Shown piece by piece: positions 33,929 to 42,656 of a DNA stretch of 64,000 bases (its first letter is position 1; each line of letters starts with the position of its first letter). Under the pieces are notes generated by a model that made no database searches, was not told where the DNA came from, and saw only the letters and a program-made list of their open reading frames with translations. The translations under genes were made by a program, and so were the position numbers. The stretch is from a virus (lineage: Duplodnaviria; Heunggongvirae; Uroviricota; Caudoviricetes): IMG/VR virus record IMGVR_UViG_3300021066_000001; one strand, written 5' to 3'.

Positions 33929-35307
33929 TTGCTACCTCTCTTCTGAAAGAGCTCCCGAAACACGTGCCAGATGTCCTTCTGGCTAAACACGCGCTTCATC
34001 TGGAGCTTGGGATTTTTCTGTGACACGATCTCGTACGAGCGCCACATCTTGTCGGTGTACGAGGACGGTACCGAGTTGTGGTCGTCGACCTGGATGTACG
34101 CAAAATAACGGATCTTAGGCAGGAGGTCGTCCTCGAGAATCTCGGTGCAGGTACCGTTGTCCTCCTCGGCGTTGTCTCCGTCCGAGATCTGCGCGATGTA
34201 GATGTTAGTCTGGGCCTCAAGCCCCTCGCTCTGGATGATCTCGGAGATCAGGTCGAGCGCGGTCGACACCGTCGTGCCGCCTGACGCGCGAGTGTCGAAG
34301 AACTCATCCTCCTCGACCTCACGAGCCTCGGTGGTGTGAATGATGTAGCGGTCGACGACCTTATCTTCACCGTATTGCTTCTTGAGGAAGTTGTACAGGA
34401 TCCAGAAGAAGGCGCGAGCAACCTGGCGCTCCTCCTCACCCATGCTTCCCGAGACGTCCATGATCATGAACATCGTCGCGTGGGAGATCGGGATGTCATG
34501 CCTCAGTGAGGCGCGGTACCTGAGATCCATCTGGTCGAAGATCGGCTCCTCGAGGACGCGCGCCGTGAGAAGCACGTGGACCGCTGACGTGAGCTCAAGC
34601 TCGCGGGAGAGGGAGGTGGCTGCAACGACGGCGAGCATCTCCGTCTTAACGTCAAAGTTCTCGGCGTCGTTGATCAGCTCCGAGGGAACGTCGACAAGAT
34701 TTGTCGCGCTCTTCAATGCGCCGATGAACTTTTCGAGGTCCTGAATGAAGTTGATGAGGGGGAGACGCCGAGTGAGCGACTCCTTGTACGACCTCAAGAG
34801 GTGCAGCCGATTTGGGGCGCCGTCCTTGGAGTAGCCCTTGTTTTCGACGATCGTCTCAGTCAGCTTCGAAACCTCGGTGACGTCAAGGTCAGGGAGCTCG
34901 AGATCCTCGAAGAGGTACTGCAAGAACTCCTCGCGCGTGAGCTCGACCTCGAGGCTCTCGTCGATCGTCTCGTCGCCGTCACCCGCCTGATCGTCGTCTC
35001 CGTCACCGTCCCCGTCGCCGTAGATCTCCTCCTTCGGGATGGTGTCTCCCTCGACCCACTTAACGTTGCCGGGCAGCACCCAGTCGACGTTGCCGCCGGG
35101 AGCGTGGTGAATCGTCGGTTCATGGATCGACTTGCGATCAATGTTGATGACGCCTCCAGCCCCGTCAAGCGTCTTGATCGACCTGCTTGCGATCAGCTTC
35201 CGAACTTGCTCCTTGACGGAGCCCTTGATTCTGCGTAGAAACCGCGCCCGGTTTTCGGTGGTCTTGTCACTAGTGACAGTCCGCCGATCAACGATGGTCA
35301 AGCCCAA
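33925..35307 (-). CDS. yeaH: YeaH/YhbH (DUF444) vWA-containing protein
   Basis: IVDRR....K...NRARFLRR, HEPTIHH, FEDLELP, MFMIMDVSGSM, SGGT.VS.AL, QISDGDN. Confidence 0.92.
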   Translation of the reverse strand: MGLTIVDRRTVTSDKTTENRARFLRRIKGSVKEQVRKLIASRSIKTLDGAGGVINIDRKSIHEPTIHHAPGGNVDWVLPGNVKWVEGDTIPKEEIYGDGDGDGDDDQAGDGDETIDESLEVELTREEFLQYLFEDLELPDLDVTEVSKLTETIVENKGYSKDGAPNRLHLLRSYKESLTRRLPLINFIQDLEKFIGALKSATNLVDVPSELINDAENFDVKTEMLAVVAATSLSRELELTSAVHVLLTARVLEEPIFDQMDLRYRASLRHDIPISHATMFMIMDVSGSMGEEERQVARAFFWILYNFLKKQYGEDKVVDRYIIHTTEAREVEEDEFFDTRASGGTTVSTALDLISEIIQSEGLEAQTNIYIAQISDGDNAEEDNGTCTEILEDDLLPKIRYFAYIQVDDHNSVPSSYTDKMWRSYEIVSQKNPKLQMKRVFSQKDIWHVFRELFQKRGSK

Positions 35308-35309
35308 GT

Positions 35310-36044
35310 CTACGCCCTAACCAAAAGCTCCTTCAAGTTGTCCAGACGGACTCCGTAGTGAAGCTTGTGCTGTTTCTCTTTACCCCAGAGGGAGTAAAAG
35401 TGAGCGTGCTCGATGTACCAAGCGTGGAGGCCGTTGCCGAACTCCTCGTTGGTCATGACGGGACGCCGCACCTCGATCTCAGCCTTCAGCCCCAGAAACT
35501 GCTTCCGGAGTACCGTCGGATCTTCCTCATAGGGTTGCATCAGATCCGCGTCGCGGATGATGCGCTCTAGAGGAGTTTCCGGCTCTCTGTCATACGGGTA
35601 TTTAGTCACCCGAATGAGCTCGCATGCTACTTCAAACTCTTCATCGGTGATGAAGCAATGATTGTTTCGCGCGTACTTCTTCGCCGTCGACAACCCGAAG
35701 ATCGCCTTTCTGATGTTGACCTTGTCCTCCTCGCGGCCCTCGGTGTGGTCAAAGTCGTGAAAGAGCCCCGCGAGGATGAGGATGCGTCGATTGTCGTCGA
35801 AGAGCCTCTCGTAAAAAGCTCCTTCAAAGCAATTCAGCACCAGGCAATACGTGTGGTACGCGTTATGGTAGGGCGCGAGGAGAGAGGGATTGTACTCGTC
35901 GAAAAAGTGAAAGAACGGCTCGAGCCCGGCTACCTGACACGCCCTGAGGGCTCCAAGACGCCCGAGCGTCATGGTGCGCATCTCCTTCAGCACCTGGAAG
36001 GTGGTAAGAGAGCCCTGGATCTCAGCTTCCATCTCCTCGTTCAT
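35310..36044 (-). CDS. HD-domain phosphohydrolase
   Basis: PYHNAYH, LFHDFDH, IIRDADL. Confidence 0.85.
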   Translation of the reverse strand: MNEEMEAEIQGSLTTFQVLKEMRTMTLGRLGALRACQVAGLEPFFHFFDEYNPSLLAPYHNAYHTYCLVLNCFEGAFYERLFDDNRRILILAGLFHDFDHTEGREEDKVNIRKAIFGLSTAKKYARNNHCFITDEEFEVACELIRVTKYPYDREPETPLERIIRDADLMQPYEEDPTVLRKQFLGLKAEIEVRRPVMTNEEFGNGLHAWYIEHAHFYSLWGKEKQHKLHYGVRLDNLKELLVRA

Positions 36045-36688
36045 GCTAGTACCTCAGCGACTTCCCCGGCGAGCTCGTACTGGTCCTTCGTCGCCCGAGC
36101 GATGACGAGCCAGTCTGAAATCGAGATCTCGCCGACACGCCACGGCATCAAGTCATGGCGGAGCATCATGAAGACGTGAATGAGACCCATGAACGCAAAC
36201 TCGTAAGCTTCTTGCGCGTTCTTGGTAGCGTTGCCAGCGACGTTGATCGTCACTAGCTCGCTAGTCAGCTTCTTGACGTCACAGAGGTTAGTGATGAATT
36301 GGGCCGCGGCCTGCGCGGTGATAGGGCAATTGTCGGCGCACCAGAAGCTCTTCAACGACTCTCCGGGCGACCTCGTATCCTTGATCGCAAAATAAGGTTT
36401 GTGCGCCTTGATGGCTGAATTGACGGTGAGAACGGTGCCGGGCGACGCCATGTTCCTCGAGAAGATGAGGGTGACGTCCGCGTCGTTAACGTTGGTGCGG
36501 GTTCGATCACGGTAGCCAGCTGGTCCCTCAACCAGGCCAAAGTTTCTCCCTAACTCAGGCTTGGGGCCGTCGAGGGTCATGAACTCTCCCGGGGCAGTGC
36601 CGCCGGTCTCGAGACCGAGAAGCTTACCGACCCAGAGCCCTGCTAGGTCCGCGCCGGTCTGTCCGCCAGAGATGACGCGAAAGTTCAT
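36041..36688 (-). CDS. SLOG/'molybdenum carrier'-like protein
   Basis: VISGGQTGAD, RTRTNVNDAD.T, INVAGN. Confidence 0.8.
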   Translation of the reverse strand: MNFRVISGGQTGADLAGLWVGKLLGLETGGTAPGEFMTLDGPKPELGRNFGLVEGPAGYRDRTRTNVNDADVTLIFSRNMASPGTVLTVNSAIKAHKPYFAIKDTRSPGESLKSFWCADNCPITAQAAAQFITNLCDVKKLTSELVTINVAGNATKNAQEAYEFAFMGLIHVFMMLRHDLMPWRVGEISISDWLVIARATKDQYELAGEVAEVLA

Positions 36689-36727
36689 TGAGCTATTTTA
36701 TCAGGAAACTGAGCTCAAGTAAAATCG

Positions 36728-37123
36728 TCACGTCTGGGCCTTGAGCTTCTCGAGAGCTTCTCCGTGAAGATCTGGAGGTGAAGCTTGGCGGGTCTCGATC
36801 GTGATCAACTTGAGAAGATCTGGGGACACCTCACGAGGTGCCGGATCTAGCTGCAGAGCATCGTGAAAATTCTTGAGGACTCGCCTGAAGATCTCATCTT
36901 GAATGTAGGCCTCTCGCTCATCCGAGGGGAGCGCGTTCCACTGCTTGACAGAGAGCCCGCTCTGTTTTTGCGCGCCGCAAACGATCTCACCGAGTTGCAC
37001 CGGATGCTCGCCGCCGACGTCGACGTGCGACGGTTGGATGTTCGAGCCTAGAAGCATCTCAAATTCTCTGAGGTCACTGTCCTCTAGATCAGTGACCTCA
37101 GAGGAGAGAGCTTCATCGTTCAC
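36728..37123 (-). CDS. Hypothetical protein
   Basis: GTG start overlapping the prkA stop. Confidence 0.5.
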   Translation of the reverse strand: MNDEALSSEVTDLEDSDLREFEMLLGSNIQPSHVDVGGEHPVQLGEIVCGAQKQSGLSVKQWNALPSDEREAYIQDEIFRRVLKNFHDALQLDPAPREVSPDLLKLITIETRQASPPDLHGEALEKLKAQT

Positions 37124-39045
37124 GAGGCCTTGCGATTCCGCATGAACCAGTCGCACAGGAAGCGCGTCTGCCGCTCGGTGTAACCGCGGGCCTTCATCTT
37201 GCCGACGAACTGATCGTGCTCCTTCTTCTCCTTGTCGGAGCGCTTCGGGCCGAAGGAGATGACCGGCAGGATCTCGTCGGTCGAGAGGAGGACCTTCTTC
37301 TCGATCACCTGGCGCATCTTCTCGTACTCGTTCCAGCGCGGCAGCTTGCCCTTGTTCGCCGCACGGTAGCGAATCACGAAGTTTGTGATGTCTTGACGAA
37401 AGTCCTTCGGGTTCGCGATGTCGGCTGGCTTCTCGATCTTCGACAGCTCAGCGTTGAGCACCTCGCGGTCCATCATCGTCCCGGTCGACGGGTCGCGGTA
37501 GTCTTGCTCCTGAACCCACGCGTCGGCGTAGTAGAAGTACGTGTCGAAGACGTTCTGGCAGAGCTCCGGGAAGCTGTCCAAAAATGACGCCCTGATGTCC
37601 TTCTCGAGCGACTCGAGGTACTTGTCGTGAAGGACGCCGTCAAGCACCTCCAAGAGCTCACCCTCGTTCTCGAACTCCTCCTCAGCGATGCTCTGCTTGA
37701 GGATGTACATCAGGTGAATCGGGTCAGCCGCGACCTCCTCCGTCGGGTAGTTGAAGGCTTTGGAGAGAACCTTGAACGCGAAGCGCGTCGACAGCCCGTT
37801 CATGCCCTCGTTCACTCCGGCGTCATCCTTATATTCTTGAAGAGGCTTCGCCTTCGGGTCATCGTTCTTGATGTTCTCGCCGTCATAGACCCGCATCTTC
37901 GAGTAGAGCGCCGAGTTCTCCGGATCGGCCAGGCGACTCATCACGCAGAACTCAGCCAAGAGGCGAAGAGTTCCGGGCGCGCAGGGTGCGCGAGAGAGCT
38001 CCGAGTTGTTGAGGAGCTTCTCGTAGATCTTGATCTCCTCGGTGCGGCGCTTGCAATACGGCACCTTGACGATGTAGACCCGATCGAGAAACGCCTCGTT
38101 GGTCTTGTCCTCCTTGAAGGCCTTCCACTCCGACTCGTTCGAGTGGGCGAGGATGATGCCGTCGAAGGGGATGCTACCGATCGGCTTAGTGCCAGCGTAG
38201 TAGCGATCCTGAGTCGCCGCGAGAATCGGATTGAGAATCTCAAGGTCCGCCTTGAACATCTCCATGAACTCCATGATGCCGCCGTTGCCGCGGCAGAGTC
38301 CGCCAGAGTAAGAGTAGGCGTATGGATGGTTCTGGGCTAACTTCCCGACCATCCGCATGTCGACCTCCCCCACCAGGGCCGAGATGTCTTGATTGTTGCG
38401 ATCGCCAGCCTCAACGCGCGAGATGCACTCCTGACGAAGACGCGACGGATACATCTTGCGCACGCGAAACTTCGAGATGTCACCGCCGTGCTCCTTCAGC
38501 TTCTCGAGCGCCCACGGGGAGGGAATCGTGCGGATCGCAGTGCGCGGAATCTTGAAGTCGCGCTCGAGCGCGCGGATGTAATCTTCCTTTTGCGCGAAGA
38601 GGCCGAGGGGATTTTCAAAGACCGGGGATCCGTCCAAGACGTAGACCGGAATGACCTCCATCAGCTCCTTTAGCTTTTCAGCGAGGGAAGACTTACCGCC
38701 TCCGACTGGACCGAGCAGGTAGAGCACTTGCTTGGCTTCCTCAAGCCCCTGGGCGGAGTGCTTGAAGTAGGAGACGATGTTCTCGATCGTCTCCTCCATC
38801 CCGTAAAAGTCACGAAAGGCCGGATAGATCTTGATGACCTTGTTGCTGAAGACCTTCGACATCCGCGGGTCGGAGCGGGTGTCGACCATCTCGGCCTCGC
38901 CGATCGCCTTGAGCATCCTCTGCGCGGGAGAGGCATAGGACATCGGATCGGTCTTGCAGACCTCGAGGTATTCCTCGAGCGAGATTGATTCTTTTTCTGC
39001 GTACTTCTCTTGATATTCCTTGGAGAACGACTCGAGAATGCCCAT
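37120..39045 (-). CDS. prkA: PrkA/YeaG family AAA+ serine kinase-like protein
   Basis: YLLGPVGGGKSSLAE, DNNQDIS-like motif, YSYSGGLCRGNGGIMEF.EMFKA, FDGIILAHSNESEW. Confidence 0.95.
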   Translation of the reverse strand: MGILESFSKEYQEKYAEKESISLEEYLEVCKTDPMSYASPAQRMLKAIGEAEMVDTRSDPRMSKVFSNKVIKIYPAFRDFYGMEETIENIVSYFKHSAQGLEEAKQVLYLLGPVGGGKSSLAEKLKELMEVIPVYVLDGSPVFENPLGLFAQKEDYIRALERDFKIPRTAIRTIPSPWALEKLKEHGGDISKFRVRKMYPSRLRQECISRVEAGDRNNQDISALVGEVDMRMVGKLAQNHPYAYSYSGGLCRGNGGIMEFMEMFKADLEILNPILAATQDRYYAGTKPIGSIPFDGIILAHSNESEWKAFKEDKTNEAFLDRVYIVKVPYCKRRTEEIKIYEKLLNNSELSRAPCAPGTLRLLAEFCVMSRLADPENSALYSKMRVYDGENIKNDDPKAKPLQEYKDDAGVNEGMNGLSTRFAFKVLSKAFNYPTEEVAADPIHLMYILKQSIAEEEFENEGELLEVLDGVLHDKYLESLEKDIRASFLDSFPELCQNVFDTYFYYADAWVQEQDYRDPSTGTMMDREVLNAELSKIEKPADIANPKDFRQDITNFVIRYRAANKGKLPRWNEYEKMRQVIEKKVLLSTDEILPVISFGPKRSDKEKKEHDQFVGKMKARGYTERQTRFLCDWFMRNRKAS

Positions 39046-39130
39046 CTTGCGTGTTGCTTTCCTGCTTTACTACATTGATCCCCAGCGAGGGGGATGCTGT
39101 GCTGCTGTCCTTGCGGTATTTACTACCGCT

Positions 39131-39601
39131 TCAAAGCGGAGTGTACGACTTCGCCTCTGCACCTTCTGCGCCAACAGGCCCACGCGGCCACTTGACCTGT
39201 GTCGGATCTGTCATCGTTATCTTGCCATTGACCTGCGCGCCTCTGTCGATCTGAATCGCCGCGCAGGTAACGTCCCCGTTGATTCGGGCACCGCTCTCAA
39301 GATTGAGTCCGGTGCCTGCGATGACCTCACCCTTCACAACTGCGTTGTCCTTGAGGAAGATGTGCTGAGCATGAACTGGCCCCTCGACGAGCCCGTCGCC
39401 CGCGATGACCACGGTGCCGTCGGTGCTCTTCACCGAGCCGTACATCTGTCCCTCGATCCTGATCGACTTGAGAAAGGTAATGTTACCGCGGAAGATGGTC
39501 CCGGCACCGATCAGCGTGGTGTAACCGTTGACGTTTGGCGTCTTGGATCCGTTATGGAGGAGTCTCCGCAAGCTAACTCCGCCGTCTCTGATGATTCCCA
39601 T
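39131..39601 (-). CDS. Bactofilin (polymer-forming cytoskeletal protein)
   Basis: TLIGAGT.F.GNI.F...IRIEG...G.V....V.I...G.V.G...A..I...A.V.G. Confidence 0.85.
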   Translation of the reverse strand: MGIIRDGGVSLRRLLHNGSKTPNVNGYTTLIGAGTIFRGNITFLKSIRIEGQMYGSVKSTDGTVVIAGDGLVEGPVHAQHIFLKDNAVVKGEVIAGTGLNLESGARINGDVTCAAIQIDRGAQVNGKITMTDPTQVKWPRGPVGAEGAEAKSYTPL

Positions 39602-39712
39602 TGAGAGAGATTGTATCCTACTTTTCTCATAGAGTAAATTCATTTTGGACCAGCTCCGCTGGAAAAGATTAAATAGAATGTCAAACGCACCATAGCCTGC
39701 AGAGGAGTCAAA

Positions 39713-39991
39713 ATGGTAGAGGAATTAATCAGCGCCCTGCTGATGCCTATCTTGCAGGCAGGACCTGCGGTTACAGCGATCTTGCTCTTGATCACTGCAG
39801 CTCTAGGGTACTTAAGCTGGAAACGTGAGGATGTGCATCGCCGTGAGAGAACGGAGCTGATGGACAAGCTCATGGAACAGCAAGAGGACATGCTAGAAGT
39901 GATCGAGAAGTATCAAGCTGGGCAGTTGACCGTGGTTCAAGCGATCAACGAGATCAAGGTTCTTGTCGCGGCGATCGGGGCTAAGATCTAA
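39713..39991 (+). CDS. Small membrane protein with coiled-coil tail (holin-like candidate)
   Basis: N-terminal hydrophobic segment; TAAATA at 39670-39675; GGAG RBS. Confidence 0.5.
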   Translation: MVEELISALLMPILQAGPAVTAILLLITAALGYLSWKREDVHRRERTELMDKLMEQQEDMLEVIEKYQAGQLTVVQAINEIKVLVAAIGAKI

Positions 39992-40007
39992 AGGGAGTAC
40001 AGAGAAA

Positions 40008-40688
40008 ATGTTCGCTTTCAGAGGATCTAAACCATCTCAGAAAGACGTCACCTTCGAGGTGATGAGCAAGAAGCGTGAGGAGATCAAGAGGAAGCTTGAG
40101 GAGGTTGAGAGAGTCAATTCCCAGCTCGAGATCGCCGTCTCTGAAACGAAGCAACTGTCCGTCGATCTGGTTGGGAAGCTCAAGAAGGAGCTGAAGGTCG
40201 CCAAGAAGTCACTTACCTCGATCACCAAGAAGCTACATGAGGGAGTTCTCCTGGTCGATCATCAAGGCAACGTCATTCAGCTAAACAAGACCGGAGAGAA
40301 GCTTCTCGGCATCGAGGAGGGGGCAGCGGTCGGAAAGCGGATCTGCGACGTGATCAATCAAGTGGCCGACGGGGAGAACGAGATTCGCTTTAGCCCCAGC
40401 TTCTTTGCCGAGCTCTCTCAAAAGATCATCGATCAAGCTTCCAAGTTTACCAACGGTAAGAAGTTCACGGAGTGCAATCGAGTCTTCAAGGAGGCGCTCC
40501 CGGGTGCCCTCGAGCCAGAGGTCGAGCTTCAGCTAGACGCTGACGTTTGCGGGCGCAAGGTCAAGCTGACGTTCATGTTCTCCCTTCTCGACAATGACCC
40601 CGAGTCGCTCAGCGACTTAACCTACGTCTTCCTCTTCCATCGAAACATCGGCATGCTCTCGCGCTTTTCAGACGTGCAAGCCGTCTAA
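40008..40688 (+). CDS. Coiled-coil + PAS-domain protein
   Basis: LHEGVLLVDHQGNVIQLNKTGEKLLGI....VGKRI, a PAS signature; no kinase domain. Confidence 0.75.
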   Translation: MFAFRGSKPSQKDVTFEVMSKKREEIKRKLEEVERVNSQLEIAVSETKQLSVDLVGKLKKELKVAKKSLTSITKKLHEGVLLVDHQGNVIQLNKTGEKLLGIEEGAAVGKRICDVINQVADGENEIRFSPSFFAELSQKIIDQASKFTNGKKFTECNRVFKEALPGALEPEVELQLDADVCGRKVKLTFMFSLLDNDPESLSDLTYVFLFHRNIGMLSRFSDVQAV

Positions 40689-40691
40689 ATG

Positions 40692-40717
40692 ACGAGGGCG
40701 CTCTTAGCGCCCTCGTG
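40692..40717. terminator. Probable bidirectional terminator hairpin between convergent genes
   Basis: ACGAGGGCGCT-CTT-AGCGCCCTCGT inverted repeat. Confidence 0.6.
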
Positions 40718-40740
40718 ACCATCGCGTAGCTCGCCCGGTC

Positions 40741-41340
40741 CTAGTGAACCGTGCCGCCCTTCTGGTCGCCGCCCTTCTGGTCTCCCTGCGGCTGAGCCGG
40801 CTGGGCCTGCTGATCGTCCTTCTTCGCCCGACGCGGACGCCGCCCTGACGGAGTCGGAACGACCGCGACCACGCTGCGGACCATGTTGCGGAGGGCGCGC
40901 GCCGCGCGCTTCTCGTTCACGCCGCGGAACAGCGGCAGCACGGTCTTCACCGCGCGCTCGATCCGGGGCTCCGGCTTGGCGCCGGCGTCCTTGAAAGCGC
41001 TGGAGATCATCGTTTCCTTCGCCTTGACCATGCGCTCCTTGGCGGTGTCGCGGTGCGCCTGGGTCGCCTTGTCGTAGTCCTCCTTCTGGAAGATCCGTAC
41101 GACCTGCATGCCGCGCGCCTTGAGCTCCTTGCGGAACTCGCGGCTGCCGGGCTTGGCCTTGATGTCCTTCAGCGCGGCGTCGTTGATCACGGCGGCGTTG
41201 CTGCCGATCACCACGTCCTTCATGAAGTCGCGCTTCAGGGGGCGCCCAGAGGGCTTGCGGGACACGGCGGACTTGCGACGGCCGCGCTTTCCGGCGGGCT
41301 TGTCGCTGGTGGGGGTTGCGGTTGCGGTTGCGGTTGTCAT
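40741..41340 (-). CDS. Lys/Arg-rich protein, putative nucleic-acid binding
   Basis: Very basic, with extreme GC3 bias and GGAG RBS; TATATAT N-terminus and QGDQKGG repeats. Confidence 0.6.
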   Translation of the reverse strand: MTTATATATPTSDKPAGKRGRRKSAVSRKPSGRPLKRDFMKDVVIGSNAAVINDAALKDIKAKPGSREFRKELKARGMQVVRIFQKEDYDKATQAHRDTAKERMVKAKETMISSAFKDAGAKPEPRIERAVKTVLPLFRGVNEKRAARALRNMVRSVVAVVPTPSGRRPRRAKKDDQQAQPAQPQGDQKGGDQKGGTVH

Positions 41341-41516
41341 CTCTGCTTCTCCTCGCAGTTTACAAAAAGACCGTATCGGACGGCCGGTTGCGCCGAAGGG
41401 CGAACTTGAGATAACTTTATACCTTTGAAAATGCAAAGTAAACCGGCATCGAGTCCAAAAACTCGATGCTGGCTCTCAAAACTAAGAGTATACTCAGATT
41501 TAGCGGAGAATCTAGT

Positions 41517-42029
41517 TCAATGCACCGCTACACCTCGAGCTTTCGCGGTGAAACCATGGCTTGACGCCATATTTTCACTTTTTGAATTCTTTTTAGCGAG
41601 GCCCGGCACACGCTCTTCGAGCTCCTCGATGCGCGCCATGACGACCTCACGAAACCCGAATTGCTTCGGGTGGTGAATCTCGTGAAGAACGTCGTGGAGA
41701 ATCCCCTGGTCACCGAGGATCCAATCCGCTACCTGCTGATTGTTCATCTGCCCGCTCCTAGCTACGATCCAGGAGAGAAATGCGATGCTGTGAGCACAAT
41801 CAGGCAAGAGTCGCGACCGATAGAGCACCGACGGAAGGTCCTTTGCCATCAGGGTCGGGCGTGCACCCGCCATGAGACCAGCGACCCTCTCGCCGATGTT
41901 GCGTGCCTTAACTAGCTGGTCGGCCTCTGATCTCGAGGCCGCAAAGACATACGACATGTATTCTGCGCCGCCGACGGCGTAGAACGTAGAGAAGCACTTC
42001 AAGATGGATCCCCCAAGCAAGTTCCTCAT
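41517..42029 (-). CDS. Hypothetical protein with structured 5' leader
   Basis: ORF about 115 nt downstream of an early promoter at 42150-42178. Confidence 0.55.
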   Translation of the reverse strand: MRNLLGGSILKCFSTFYAVGGAEYMSYVFAASRSEADQLVKARNIGERVAGLMAGARPTLMAKDLPSVLYRSRLLPDCAHSIAFLSWIVARSGQMNNQQVADWILGDQGILHDVLHEIHHPKQFGFREVVMARIEELEERVPGLAKKNSKSENMASSHGFTAKARGVAVH

Positions 42030-42322
42030 CCGTTACCAACCGCTTGACTTCGTCTTGTGTGCGCCCGGGGTAGGCTCCCCACCCGGGGTACTTCCTACGC
42101 CCTGGCGGTCACGTGGGTGTGACCGCCAGGTAACAGGTAGGTTAAGGGAATTGTATATCTGGAAAGGCCGCCTGTAAACAACCAATTACATATTGTAGTA
42201 CTTTGTACTACACGGCGAAAGTCGAACCTAAGGGGTACTTCTGGCGGAGAAGATGAAAAAGCGGGGCAGTTTAGGGGGTAAACTGCCCCGAACTCGGTTA
42301 GAGCCGAGCGTAAACTATTTGT

Positions 42323-42604
42323 TCACTCTGCCGGGACGATCGAGGTGACCACCCTCACCCTGACCATCTCACCGACCTTGAGCGGTCGCTTGGACTGTCC
42401 GTGTACTACGATCCGGTTGTACTCAGCGACGTACGCGTAGCCCATGACCGGCGGCGACTTTCCCGGCGGGGCCATCCCGTAGATCGGCGCGACTCGAGTG
42501 ACCCGCGCGTAATCGATCTTGTTCCCCGGCCCCTCTTGAAGAGATTGGCCCTGAGCTGCTGTCATGACCGACAAAAAGGCGGCTAGCACGATGAAGATCT
42601 TCAT
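42323..42604 (-). CDS. Small secreted protein
   Basis: Signal peptide MKIFIVLAAFLSVMTAAQG; early promoter upstream. Confidence 0.55.
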   Translation of the reverse strand: MKIFIVLAAFLSVMTAAQGQSLQEGPGNKIDYARVTRVAPIYGMAPPGKSPPVMGYAYVAEYNRIVVHGQSKRPLKVGEMVRVRVVTSIVPAE

Positions 42605-42656
42605 GAACCCATCGTATCACGCTCGTCACAAAAAGTAAACTAGTACTCAAAATTTC

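Noticed and set aside
39131-39601. PhuZ/tubulin-type spindle of nucleus-forming phages
   Set aside because: The sequence is a bactofilin beta-helix with no tubulin GGGTGSG motif.
42030-42143. c-di-GMP riboswitch or self-cleaving ribozyme
   Set aside because: The GEMM (GGCAAAC..GAAA..GACGCAAAG) and hammerhead (CUGAUGA/GAAA) cores are absent; kept only as an unclassified structured leader.
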